Source: the human T2T-CHM13v2.0 reference genome, Homo sapiens. Taken from it: 64,000 nucleotides of DNA. Where the stretch lies: assembly GCF_009914755.1 (NCBI RefSeq), contig NC_060941.1, one strand, 5' to 3'. The translations under genes and the position numbers were made by a program. The notes beneath the pieces were generated by a model. The model searched no databases. It saw nothing but the letters and a program-made list of their open reading frames with translations, and had not been told where the DNA came from. Shown here in pieces: positions 11,701 to 25,700 of the stretch. The first letter of the stretch is position 1. The number at the start of each line of letters is the position of its first letter.

Positions 11701-14232
11701 GTATATCTTCACATGACATCTAGACAGAAGCATCCTCAGAAGCTTCTCTGTGATGACTGCATTCAACTCACGGAGTTGAACACTCCTTTTGAGAGCGCAG
11801 TTTTGAAACTCTCTTTCTGTGGCATCTGCAAGGGGACATGTAGACCTCTTTGAAGATTTCGTTGGAAACGGAATCATCTTCACATAAAAACTACACAGAT
11901 GCATTCTCAGGAACTTTTTGGTGATGTTTGTATTCAACTCCCAGAGTTGAACTTTCCTTTGGAAAGAGCAGCTATGAAACACTCTTTTTCTAGAATCTGC
12001 AAGTGGACGTTTGGAGGGCTTTGTGGTTTGTGGTGGAAAAGGAAATATCTTCACCTAAATACTAGATAGAAGCATTCTCAGAAACTGCTTTGTGATGATT
12101 GCATTCACCTCACAGAGTTGAACATTCCTATTGATAGAGCAGTTTGGAAACACTCTTGTTGTGGAATGTGCAAGTGGAGATTTGGAGCGCTTTGAGGCCT
12201 ATGGTAGTAAAGGGAATAGCTTCATAGAAAAACTAGACAGAAGCATTCTCAGAAAATACTTTGTGATGATTGAGTTTAACTCACAGAGCTGAACATTCCT
12301 TTGGATGGAGCAGGTTTGAGACACACTTTTTGTAGAATCTACAAGTGGATATTTGGACCTCTCTGAGGATTTCGTTGGAAACGGGATAACTGCACCTAAC
12401 TAAACGGAAGCATTCTCAGAAACTTCTTGGTGATGTTTGCATTCAAATCCCAGAGTTGAACCTTCCTTTGATAGTTCAGGTTTGAAACACTCTTTTTGTA
12501 GGATCTGCAAGTGGATATTTGGACCACTCTGTGGCCTTCGTTCGAAACGGGTATATCTTCGCATAAAATCTAGACAGAAGCCTTCTCAGAAACTTCTCTG
12601 TGATGATTGCATTCAACTCACAGAGTTGAACCCTCCTATGGATAGAGCAGTGTTGAAACTCTCTTTTTGTGGAATCTGCAAGTGGATATGTGGACCTCTC
12701 CGAAGATGTCTTTGGAAACGGGAATATCTTCACATAAAAACTAAACAGAAGCATTCTCAGAAACTTCTCTGTGATGTTTGTGTTCAACTCCCAGAGTTTC
12801 ACATTGCTTTTCATAGAGTAGTTCTGAAACATGCTTTTCGTAGTGTCTACAAGTGGACATTTGGAGCGCTTTCAGGCCTGTGGTGGAAAACGAATTATGG
12901 TCACATAAAAACTGGAGAGAAGCATTGTCAGAAACTTCTTTGTGATGATTGCATTCAACTCACAGAGTTGAAGGTTCCTTTTCAAAGAGCAGTTTCCAAT
13001 CACTCTTTGTGTGGAATCTGCAAGTGGATATTTGGACCTATTTTGAAGATTTCGTTGGAAACGGGAGAATCTTCACAGGAAAGCTAAACAGAAGCATTCT
13101 CAGAAACTTCTTTGTGATGCTTGCATTCAACTCACAGAGTTGAACTTTCCTTTCGAGAGAGAAGCTTTGAAACACTCTTTTTCCAGAATCTGCAAGTGGA
13201 CATTTGGAGGGCTTTGAGGCCTGTGGTGGAAAAGGAATTATCTTCCCGTAAAAGCTAGATAGAAGCATTCTCAGAAACTACTTTGTGATGATTGCATTCA
13301 AGTCACAGAGTTGAACATTCCCTTTGACAGAGCAGTTTGGAAACTCTCTTTGTGTAGAATCTGCAAGTGGAGATATGGACCGCTTTGAGGCCTATGGTAG
13401 TAAAGGAAATAGCTTCATATAAAAGCTAGACAGTAGCATTCACAGAAAACTCTTGGTGACGACTGAGTTTAACTCACAGAGCTGAACATTCCTTTGGATG
13501 GAGCAGTTTCGAAACACACTATTTGTAGAATGTGCAAGTGGATATTTAGGCCTCTCTGAGGATTTCGTTGGAAACGGGATAAACCGCACAGAACTAAACA
13601 GAAGCATTCTCAGAACCTTCTTCGTGATGTTTGCATTCAACTCACAGTGTTGAACCTTTCTTTGATAGTTCAGGTTTGAAACGGTCTTTCTGTAGAAACT
13701 GCAAGTAGATATTTGGACCTCTCTGAGGATTTCGTTGGAAACGGGATAACCCGCACAGAACTAAAACAGAAGCATTCTCAGAACCCTCTTCGTGATGTTT
13801 GCATTCAACTCACAGTGCTGAACCTTTCTTTGATAGTTCAGCTTTGAAACACTCTTTTTGTAGAAACTGCAAGTGGATATTTGGTCCTCTCTGAGCATTT
13901 CGTTGGAAACGGGATAAACTGCACAGAACTAAACAGAAGCATTCTCAGAACCTTCTTCGTGATGTCTGCATTCAACTCACAGTGTGGAACCTTTCTTTGA
14001 TAGTTCAGGTTTGAAACACTCTTTTTGTAGAAACTGCAAGGGGATAATTGCACTCTTTGAGGAGTACCGTAGTAAAGGAAATAACTTCCTATAAAAAGAA
14101 GACAGAAGCTTTCTCAGAAAATTCTTTGGGATGATTGAGTTGAACTCACAGAGCTGAGCATTCCTTGCGATGTAGCAGTTTAGAAACACACTTTCTGCAG
14201 AATCTGCAAGTGCATATTTGGACCTCTGTGAG

Positions 14233-16781
14233 GAATTCGTTGGAAACGGGATAATTTCAGCTGACTAAACAGAAGCAGTCTCAGAATCTTCTTTGTGATG
14301 TTTGCATTCAAATCCCCGAGTTGAACTTTCCTTTCAAAGTTCACGTTTGAAACACTCTTTTTGCAGGATCTACAAGTGGATATTTGGACCACTCTGTGTC
14401 CTTCGTTCGAAACGGGTATATCTTCACATGACATCTAGACAGAAGCATCCTCAGAAGCTTCTCTGTGATGACTGCATTCAACTCACGGAGTTGAACACTC
14501 CTTTTGAGAGCGCAGTTTTGAAACTCTCTTTCTGTGGCATCTGCAAGGGGACATGTAGACCTCTTTGAAGATTTCGTTGGAAACGGAATCATCTTCACAT
14601 AAAAACTACACAGATGCATTCTCAGGAACTTTTTGGTGATGTTTGTATTCAACTCCCAGAGTTGAACTTTCCTTTGGAAAGAGCAGCTATGAAACACTCT
14701 TTTTCTAGAATCTGCAAGTGGACGTTTGGAGGGCTTTGTGGTTTGTGGTGGAAAAGGAAATATCTTCACCTAAATACTAGATAGAAGCATTCTCAGAAAC
14801 TGCTTTGTGATGATTGCATTCACCTCACAGAGTTGAACATTCCTATTGATAGAGCAGTTTGGAAACACTCTTGTTGTGGAATGTGCAAGTGGAGATTTGG
14901 AGCGCTTTGAGGCCTATGGTAGTAAAGGGAATAGCTTCATAGAAAAACTAGACAGAAGCATTCTCAGAAAATACTTTGTGATGATTGAGTTTAACTCACA
15001 GAGCTGAACATTCCTTTGGATGGAGCAGGTTTGAGACACACTTTTTGTAGAATCTACAAGTGGATATTTGGACCTCTCTGAGGATTTCGTTGGAAACGGG
15101 ATAACTGCACCTAACTAAACGGAAGCATTCTCAGAAACTTCTTGGTGATGTTTGCATTCAAATCCCAGAGTTGAACCTTCCTTTGATAGTTCAGGTTTGA
15201 AACACTCTTTTTGTAGGATCTGCAAGTGGATATTTGGACCACTCTGTGGCCTTCGTTCGAAACGGGTATATCTTCGCATAAAATCTAGACAGAAGCCTTC
15301 TCAGAAACTTCTCTGTGATGATTGCATTCAACTCACAGAGTTGAACCCTCCTATGGATAGAGCAGTGTTGAAACTCTCTTTTTGTGGAATCTGCAAGTGG
15401 ATATGTGGACCTCTCCGAAGATGTCTTTGGAAACGGGAATATCTTCACATAAAAACTAAACAGAAGCATTCTCAGAAACTTCTCTGTGATGTTTGTGTTC
15501 AACTCCCAGAGTTTCACATTGCTTTTCATAGAGTAGTTCTGAAACATGCTTTTCGTAGTGTCTACAAGTGGACATTTGGAGCGCTTTCAGGCCTGTGGTG
15601 GAAAACGAATTATGGTCACATAAAAACTGGAGAGAAGCATTGTCAGAAACTTCTTTGTGATGATTGCATTCAACTCACAGAGTTGAAGGTTCCTTTTCAA
15701 AGAGCAGTTTCCAATCACTCTTTGTGTGGAATCTGCAAGTGGATATTTGGACCTATTTTGAAGATTTCGTTGGAAACGGGAGAATCTTCACAGGAAAGCT
15801 AAACAGAAGCATTCTCAGAAACTTCTTTGTGATGCTTGCATTCAACTCACAGAGTTGAACTTTCCTTTCGAGAGAGAAGCTTTGAAACACTCTTTTTCCA
15901 GAATCTGCAAGTGGACATTTGGAGGGCTTTGAGGCCTGTGGTGGAAAAGGAATTATCTTCCCGTAAAAGCTAGATAGAAGCATTCTCAGAAACTACTTTG
16001 TGATGATTGCATTCAAGTCACAGAGTTGAACATTCCCTTTGACAGAGCAGTTTGGAAACTCTCTTTGTGTAGAATCTGCAAGTGGAGATATGGACCGCTT
16101 TGAGGCCTATGGTAGTAAAGGAAATAGCTTCATATAAAAGCTAGACAGTAGCATTCACAGAAAACTCTTGGTGACGACTGAGTTTAACTCACAGAGCTGA
16201 ACATTCCTTTGGATGGAGCAGTTTCGAAACACACTATTTGTAGAATGTGCAAGTGGATATTTAGGCCTCTCTGAGGATTTCGTTGGAAACGGGATAACCC
16301 GCACAGAACTAAAACAGAAGCATTCTCAGAACCCTCTTCGTGATGTTTGCATTCAACTCACAGTGCTGAACCTTTCTTTGATAGTTCAGCTTTGAAACAC
16401 TCTTTTTGTAGAAACTGCAAGTGGATATTTGGTCCTCTCTGAGCATTTCGTTGGAAACGGGATAAACTGCACAGACCTAAACAGAAGCATTCTCAGAACC
16501 TTCTTCGTGATGTCTGCATTCAACTCACAGTGTGGAACCTTTCTTTGATAGTTCAGGTTTGAAACACTCTTTTTGTAGAAACTGCAAGGGGATAATTGCA
16601 CTTCTTTGAGGCCTACCGTAGTAAAGGAAATAACTTCCTATAAAAAGAAGACAGAAGCTTTCTCAGAAAATTCTTTGGGATGATTGAGTTGAACTCACAG
16701 AGCTGAGCATTCCTTGCGATGTAGCAGTTTAGAAACACACTTTCTGCAGAATCTGCAAGTGCATATTTGGACCTCTGTGAG
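14233..16781 (+). repeat. Variant 15-mer HOR unit (2,549 bp): 167 bp single-monomer deletion plus 1 bp insertion
   Basis: EcoRI 14233 to 16782 is 2,549 bp = 2715-167+1. The monomer carrying GAAACGGTCTTTCTGTAGAAACTGCAAGTAGAT is missing after ~16297, and there is an extra T at ~16602. Confidence 0.95.
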
Positions 16782-19700
16782 GAATTCGTTGGAAACGGGA
16801 TAATTTCAGCTGACTAAACAGAAGCAGTCTCAGAATCTTCTTTGTGATGTTTGCATTCAAATCCCCGAGTTGAACTTTCCTTTCAAAGTTCACGTTTGAA
16901 ACACTCTTTTTGCAGGATCTACAAGTGGATATTTGGACCACTCTGTGTCCTTCGTTCGAAACGGGTATATCTTCACATGACATCTAGACAGAAGCATCCT
17001 CAGAAGCTTCTCTGTGATGACTGCATTCAACTCACGGAGTTGAACACTCCTTTTGAGAGCGCAGTTTTGAAACTCTCTTTCTGTGGCATCTGCAAGGGGA
17101 CATGTAGACCTCTTTGAAGATTTCGTTGGAAACGGAATCATCTTCACATAAAAACTACACAGATGCATTCTCAGGAACTTTTTGGTGATGTTTGTATTCA
17201 ACTCCCAGAGTTGAACTTTCCTTTGGAAAGAGCAGCTATGAAACACTCTTTTTCTAGAATCTGCAAGTGGACGTTTGGAGGGCTTTGTGGTTTGTGGTGG
17301 AAAAGGAAATATCTTCACCTAAATACTAGATAGAAGCATTCTCAGAAACTGCTTTGTGATGATTGCATTCACCTCACAGAGTTGAACATTCCTATTGATA
17401 GAGCAGTTTGGAAACACTCTTGTTGTGGAATGTGCAAGTGGAGATTTGGAGCGCTTTGAGGCCTATGGTAGTAAAGGGAATAGCTTCATAGAAAAACTAG
17501 ACAGAAGCATTCTCAGAAAATACTTTGTGATGATTGAGTTTAACTCACAGAGCTGAACATTCCTTTGGATGGAGCAGGTTTGAGACACACTTTTTGTAGA
17601 ATCTACAAGTGGATATTTGGACCTCTCTGAGGATTTCGTTGGAAACGGGATAACTGCACCTAACTAAACGGAAGCATTCTCAGAAACTTCTTGGTGATGT
17701 TTGCATTCAAATCCCAGAGTTGAACCTTCCTTTGATAGTTCAGGTTTGAAACACTCTTTTTGTAGGATCTGCAAGTGGATATTTGGACCACTCTGTGGCC
17801 TTCGTTCGAAACGGGTATATCTTCGCATAAAATCTAGACAGAAGCCTTCTCAGAAACTTCTCTGTGATGATTGCATTCAACTCACAGAGTTGAACCCTCC
17901 TATGGATAGAGCAGTGTTGAAACTCTCTTTTTGTGGAATCTGCAAGTGGATATGTGGACCTCTCCGAAGATGTCTTTGGAAACGGGAATATCTTCACATA
18001 AAAACTAAACAGAAGCATTCTCAGAAACTTCTCTGTGATGTTTGTGTTCAACTCCCAGAGTTTCACATTGCTTTTCATAGAGTAGTTCTGAAACATGCTT
18101 TTCGTAGTGTCTACAAGTGGACATTTGGAGCGCTTTCAGGCCTGTGGTGGAAAACGAATTATGGTCACATAAAAACTGGAGAGAAGCATTGTCAGAAACT
18201 TCTTTGTGATGATTGCATTCAACTCACAGAGTTGAAGGTTCCTTTTCAAAGAGCAGTTTCCAATCACTCTTTGTGTGGAATCTGCAAGTGGATATTTGGA
18301 CCTATTTTGAAGATTTCGTTGGAAACGGGAGAATCTTCACAGGAAAGCTAAACAGAAGCATTCTCAGAAACTTCTTTGTGATGCTTGCATTCAACTCACA
18401 GAGTTGAACTTTCCTTTCGAGAGAGAAGCTTTGAAACACTCTTTTTCCAGAATCTGCAAGTGGACATTTGGAGGGCTTTGAGGCCTGTGGTGGAAAAGGA
18501 ATTATCTTCCCGTAAAAGCTAGATAGAAGCATTCTCAGAAACTACTTTGTGATGATTGCATTCAAGTCACAGAGTTGAACATTCCCTTTGACAGAGCAGT
18601 TTGGAAACTCTCTTTGTGTAGAATCTGCAAGTGGAGATATGGACCGCTTTGAGGCCTATGGTAGTAAAGGAAATAGCTTCATATAAAAGCTAGGCAGTAG
18701 CATTCACAGAAAACTCTTGGTGACGACTGAGTTTAACTCACAGAGCTGAACATTCCTTTGGATGGAGCAGTTTCGAAACACACTATTTGTAGAATGTGCA
18801 AGTGGATATTTAGGACTCTCTGAGGATTTCGTTGGAAACGGGATAAACCGCACAGAACTAAACAGAAGCATTCTCAGAACCTTCTTCGTGATGTTTGCAT
18901 TCAACTCACAGTGTTGAACCTTTCTTTGATAGTTCAGGTTTGAAACGGTCTTTCTGTAGAAACTGCAAGTAGATATTTGGACCGCTCTGAGGATTTCGTT
19001 GGAAACGGGATAACCCGCACAGAACTAAAACAGAAGCATTCTCAGAACCCTCTTCGTGATGTTTGCATTCAACTCACAGTGCTGAACCTTTCTTTGATAG
19101 TTCAGCTTTGAAACACTCTTTTTGTAGAAACTGCAAGTGGATATTTGGTCCTCTCTGAGCATTTCGTTGGAAACGGGATAAACTGCACAGAACTAAACAG
19201 AAGCATTCTCAGAACCTTCTTCGTGATGTCTGCATTCAACTCACAGTGTGGAACCTTTCTTTGATAGTTCAGGTTTGAAACACTCTTTTTGTAGAAACTG
19301 CAAGGGGATAATTGCACTCTTTGAGGAGTACCGTAGTAAAGGAAATAACTTCCTATAAAAAGAAGACAGAAGCTTTCTCAGAAAATTCTTTGGGATGATT
19401 GAGTTGAACTCACAGAGCTGAGCATTCCTTGCGATGTAGCAGTTTAGAAACACACTTTCTGCAGAATCTGCAAGTGCATATTTGGACCTCTGTGAGGAAT
19501 TCGTTGGAAACGGGATAATTTCAGCTGACTAAACAGAAGCAGTCTCAGAATCTTCTTTGTGATGTTTGCATTCAAATCCCCGAGTTGAACTTTCCTTTCA
19601 AAGTTCACGTTTGAAACACTCTTTTTGCAGGATCTACAAGTGGATATTTGGACCACTCTGTGTCCTTCGTTCGAAACGGGTATATCTTCACATGACATCT

Positions 19701-22700
19701 AGACAGAAGCATCCTCAGAAGCTTCTCTGTGATGACTGCATTCAACTCACGGAGTTGAACACTCCTTTTGAGAGCGCAGTTTTGAAACTCTCTTTCTGTG
19801 GCATCTGCAAGGGGACATGTAGACCTCTTTGAAGATTTCGTTGGAAACGGAATCATCTTCACATAAAAACTACACAGATGCATTCTCAGGAACTTTTTGG
19901 TGATGTTTGTATTCAACTCCCAGAGTTGAACTTTCCTTTGGAAAGAGCAGCTATGAAACACTCTTTTTCTAGAATCTGCAAGTGGACGTTTGGAGGGCTT
20001 TGTGGTTTGTGGTGGAAAAGGAAATATCTTCACCTAAATACTAGATAGAAGCATTCTCAGAAACTGCTTTGTGATGATTGCATTCACCTCACAGAGTTGA
20101 ACATTCCTATTGATAGAGCAGTTTGGAAACACTCTTGTTGTGGAATGTGCAAGTGGAGATTTGGAGCGCTTTGAGGCCTATGGTAGTAAAGGGAATAGCT
20201 TCATAGAAAAACTAGACAGAAGCATTCTCAGAAAATACTTTGTGATGATTGAGTTTAACTCACAGAGCTGAACATTCCTTTGGATGGAGCAGGTTTGAGA
20301 CACACTTTTTGTAGAATCTACAAGTGGATATTTGGACCTCTCTGAGGATTTCGTTGGAAACGGGATAACTGCACCTAACTAAACGGAAGCATTCTCAGAA
20401 ACTTCTTGGTGATGTTTGCATTCAAATCCCAGAGTTGAACCTTCCTTTGATAGTTCAGGTTTGAAACACTCTTTTTGTAGGATCTGCAAGTGGATATTTG
20501 GACCACTCTGTGGCCTTCGTTCGAAACGGGTATATCTTCGCATAAAATCTAGACAGAAGCCTTCTCAGAAACTTCTCTGTGATGATTGCATTCAACTCAC
20601 AGAGTTGAACCCTCCTATGGATAGAGCAGTGTTGAAACTCTCTTTTTGTGGAATCTGCAAGTGGATATGTGGACCTCTCCGAAGATGTCTTTGGAAACGG
20701 GAATATCTTCACATAAAAACTAAACAGAAGCATTCTCAGAAACTTCTCTGTGATGTTTGTGTTCAACTCCCAGAGTTTCACATTGCTTTTCATAGAGTAG
20801 TTCTGAAACATGCTTTTCGTAGTGTCTACAAGTGGACATTTGGAGCGCTTTCAGGCCTGTGGTGGAAAACGAATTATGGTCACATAAAAACTGGAGAGAA
20901 GCATTGTCAGAAACTTCTTTGTGATGATTGCATTCAACTCACAGAGTTGAAGGTTCCTTTTCAAAGAGCAGTTTCCAATCACTCTTTGTGTGGAATCTGC
21001 AAGTGGATATTTGGACCTATTTTGAAGATTTCGTTGGAAACGGGAGAATCTTCACAGGAAAGCTAAACAGAAGCATTCTCAGAAACTTCTTTGTGATGCT
21101 TGCATTCAACTCACAGAGTTGAACTTTCCTTTCGAGAGAGAAGCTTTGAAACACTCTTTTTCCAGAATCTGCAAGTGGACATTTGGAGGGCTTTGAGGCC
21201 TGTGGTGGAAAAGGAATTATCTTCCCGTAAAAGCTAGATAGAAGCATTCTCAGAAACTACTTTGTGATGATTGCATTCAAGTCACAGAGTTGAACATTCC
21301 CTTTGACAGAGCAGTTTGGAAACTCTCTTTGTGTAGAATCTGCAAGTGGAGATATGGACCGCTTTGAGGCCTATGGTAGTAAAGGAAATAGCTTCATATA
21401 AAAGCTAGGCAGTAGCATTCACAGAAAACTCTTGGTGACGACTGAGTTTAACTCACAGAGCTGAACATTCCTTTGGATGGAGCAGTTTCGAAACACACTA
21501 TTTGTAGAATGTGCAAGTGGATATTTAGGACTCTCTGAGGATTTCGTTGGAAACGGGATAAACCGCACAGAACTAAACAGAAGCATTCTCAGAACCTTCT
21601 TCGTGATGTTTGCATTCAACTCACAGTGTTGAACCTTTCTTTGATAGTTCAGGTTTGAAACGGTCTTTCTGTAGAAACTGCAAGTAGATATTTGGACCGC
21701 TGTGAGGATTTCGTTGGAAACGGGATAACCCGCACAGAACTAAAACAGAAGCATTCTCAGAACCCTCTTCGTGATGTTTGCATTCAACTCACAGTGCTGA
21801 ACCTTTCTTTGATAGTTCAGCTTTGAAACACTCTTTTTGTAGAAACTGCAAGTGGATATTTGGTCCTCTCTGAGCATTTCGTTGGAAACGGGATAAACTG
21901 CACAGAACTAAACAGAAGCATTCTCAGAACCTTCTTCGTGATGTCTGCATTCAACTCACAGTGTGGAACCTTTCTTTGATAGTTCAGGTTTGAAACACTC
22001 TTTTTGTAGAAACTGCAAGGGGATAATTGCACTCTTTGAGGAGTACCGTAGTAAAGGAAATAACTTCCTATAAAAAGAAGACAGAAGCTTTCTCAGAAAA
22101 TTCTTTAGGATGATTGAGTTGAACTCACAGAGCTGAGCATTCCTTGCGATGTAGCAGTTTAGAAACACACTTTCTGCAGAATCTGCAAGTGCATATTTGG
22201 ACCTCTGTGAGGAATTCGTTGGAAACGGGATAATTTCAGCTGACTAAACAGAAGCAGTCTCAGAATCTTCTTGGTGATGTTTGCATTCAAATCCCCGAGT
22301 TGAACTTTCCTTTCAAAGTTCACGTTTGAAACACTCTTTTTGCAGGATCTACAAGTGGATATTTGGACCACTCTGTGTCCTTCGTTCGAAACGGGTATAT
22401 CTTCACATGACATCTAGACAGAAGCATCCTCAGAAGCTTCTCTGTGATGACTGCATTCAACTCACGGAGTTGAACACTCCTTTTGAGAGCGCAGTTTTGA
22501 AACTCTCTTTCTGTGGCATCTGCAAGGGGACATGTAGACCTCTTTGAAGATTTCGTTGGAAACGGAATCATCTTCACATAAAAACTACACAGATGCATTC
22601 TCAGGAACTTTTTGGTGATGTTTGTATTCAACTCCCAGAGTTGAACTTTCCTTTGGAAAGAGCAGCTATGAAACACTCTTTTTCTAGAATCTGCAAGTGG

Positions 22701-25700
22701 ACGTTTGGAGGGCTTTGTGGTTTGTGGTGGAAAAGGAAATATCTTCACCTAAATACTAGATAGAAGCATTCTCAGAAACTGCTTTGTGATGATTGCATTC
22801 ACCTCACAGAGTTGAACATTCCTATTGATAGAGCAGTTTGGAAACACTCTTGTTGTGGAATGTGCAAGTGGAGATTTGGAGCGCTTTGAGGCCTATGGTA
22901 GTAAAGGGAATAGCTTCATAGAAAAACTAGACAGAAGCATTCTCAGAAAATACTTTGTGATGATTGAGTTTAACTCACAGAGCTGAACATTCCTTTGGAT
23001 GGAGCAGGTTTGAGACACACTTTTTGTAGAATCTACAAGTGGATATTTGGACCTCTCTGAGGATTTCGTTGGAAACGGGATAACTGCACCTAACTAAACG
23101 GAAGCATTCTCAGAAACTTCTTGGTGATGTTTGCATTCAAATCCCAGAGTTGAACCTTCCTTTGATAGTTCAGGTTTGAAACACTCTTTTTGTAGGATCT
23201 GCAAGTGGATATTTGGACCACTCTGTGGCCTTCGTTCGAAACGGGTATATCTTCGCATAAAATCTAGACAGAAGCCTTCTCAGAAACTTCTCTGTGATGA
23301 TTGCATTCAACTCACAGAGTTGAACCCTCCTATGGATAGAGCAGTGTTGAAACTCTCTTTTTGTGGAATCTGCAAGTGGATATGTGGACCTCTCCGAAGA
23401 TGTCTTTGGAAACGGGAATATCTTCACATAAAAACTAAACAGAAGCATTCTCAGAAACTTCTCTGTGATGTTTGTGTTCAACTCCCAGAGTTTCACATTG
23501 CTTTTCATAGAGTAGTTCTGAAACATGCTTTTCGTAGTGTCTACAAGTGGACATTTGGAGCGCTTTCAGGCCTGTGGTGGAAAACGAATTATGGTCACAT
23601 AAAAACTGGAGAGAAGCATTGTCAGAAACTTCTTTGTGATGATTGCATTCAACTCACAGAGTTGAAGGTTCCTTTTCAAAGAGCAGTTTCCAATCACTCT
23701 TTCTGTGGAATCTGCAAGTGGATATTTGGACCTATTTTGAAGATTTCGTTGGAAACGGGAGAATCTTCACAGGAAAGCTAAACAGAAGCATTCTCAGAAA
23801 CTTCTTTGTGATGCTTGCATTCAACTCACAGAGTTGAACTTTCCTTTCGAGAGAGAAGCTTTGAAACACTCTTTTTCCAGAATCTGCAAGTGGACATTTG
23901 GAGGGCTTTGAGGCCTGTGGTGGAAAAGGAATTATCTTCCCGTAAAAGCTAGATAGAAGCATTCTCAGAAACTACTTTGTGATGATTGCATTCAAGTCAC
24001 AGAGTTGAACATTCCCTTTGACAGAGCAGTTTGGAAACTCTCTTTGTGTAGAATCTGCAAGTGGAGATATGGACCGCTTTGAGGCCTATGGTAGTAAAGG
24101 AAATAGCTTCATATAAAAGCTAGACAGTAGCATTCACAGAAAACTCTTGGTGACGACTGAGTTTAACTCACAGAGCTGAACATTCCTTTGGATGGAGCAG
24201 TTTCGAAACACACTATTTGTAGAATGTGCAAGTGGATATTTAGGCCTCTCTGAGGATTTCGTTGGAAACGGGATAAACCGCACAGAACTAAACAGAAGCA
24301 TTCTCAGAACCTTCTTCGTGATGTTTGCATTCAACTCACAGTGTTGAACCTTTCTTTGATAGTTCAGGTTTGAAACGGTCTTTCTGTAGAAACTGCAAGT
24401 AGATATTTGGACCGCTCTGAGGATTTCGTTGGAAACGGGATAACCCGCACAGAACTAAAACAGAAGCATTCTCAGAACCCTCTTCGTGATGTTTGCATTC
24501 AACTCACAGTGCTGAACCTTTCTTTGATAGTTCAGCTTTGAAACACTCTTTTTGTAGAAACTGCAAGTGGATATTTGGTCCTCTCTGAGCATTTCGTTGG
24601 AAACGGGATAAACTGCACAGAACTAAACAGAAGCATTCTCAGAACCTTCTTCGTGATGTCTGCATTCAACTCACAGTGTGGAACCTTTCTTTGACAGTTC
24701 AGGTTTGAAACACTCTTTTTGTAGAAACTGCAAGGGGATAATTGCACTCTTTGAGGAGTACCGTAGTAAAGGAAATAACTTCCTATAAAAAGAAGACAGA
24801 AGCTTTCTCAGAAAATTCTTTGGGATGATTGAGTTGAACTCACAGAGCTGAGCATTCCTTGCGATGTAGCAGTTTAGAAACACACTTTCTGCAGAATCTG
24901 CAAGTGCATATTTGGACCTCTGTGAGGAATTCGTTGGAAACGGGATAATTTCAGCTGACTAAACAGAAGCAGTCTCAGAATCTTCTTGGTGATGTTTGCA
25001 TTCAAATCCCCGAGTTGAACTTTCCTTTCAAAGTTCACGTTTGAAACACTCTTTTTGCAGGATCTACAAGTGGATATTTGGACCACTCTGTGTCCTTCGT
25101 TCGAAACGGGTATATCTTCACATGACATCTAGACAGAAGCATCCTCAGAAGCTTCTCTGTGATGACTGCATTCAACTCACGGAGTTGAACACTCCTTTTG
25201 AGAGCGCAGTTTTGAAACTCTCTTTCTGTGGCATCTGCAAGGGGACATGTAGACCTCTTTGAAGATTTCGTTGGAAACGGAATCATCTTCACATAAAAAC
25301 TACACAGATGCATTCTCAGGAACTTTTTGGTGATGTTTGTATTCAACTCCCAGAGTTGAACTTTCCTTTGGAAAGAGCAGCTATGAAACACTCTTTTTCT
25401 AGAATCTGCAAGTGGACGTTTGGAGGGCTTTGTGGTTTGTGGTGGAAAAGGAAATATCTTCACCTAAATACTACATAGAAGCATTCTCAGAAACTGCTTT
25501 GTGATGATTGCATTCACCTCACAGAGTTGAACATTCCTATTGATAGAGCAGTTTGGAAACACTCTTGTTGTGGAATGTGCAAGTGGAGATTTGGAGCGCT
25601 TTGAGGCCTATGGTAGTAAAGGGAATAGCTTCATAGAAAAACTAGACAGAAGCATTCTCAGAAAATACTTTGTGATGATTGAGTTTAACTCACAGAGCTG

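Larger units (their letters stand above)
658..14232 (+). repeat. Five canonical 16-mer HOR units (EcoRI phase)
   Basis: GAATTC at 658, 3373, 6088, 8803, 11518, 14233, spaced exactly 2,715 bp apart. Confidence 0.96.

Noticed and set aside
16213-16395. Unique 60 aa ORF seen only once
   Set aside because: By-product of the 15-mer deletion junction; there is no evidence of coding function.
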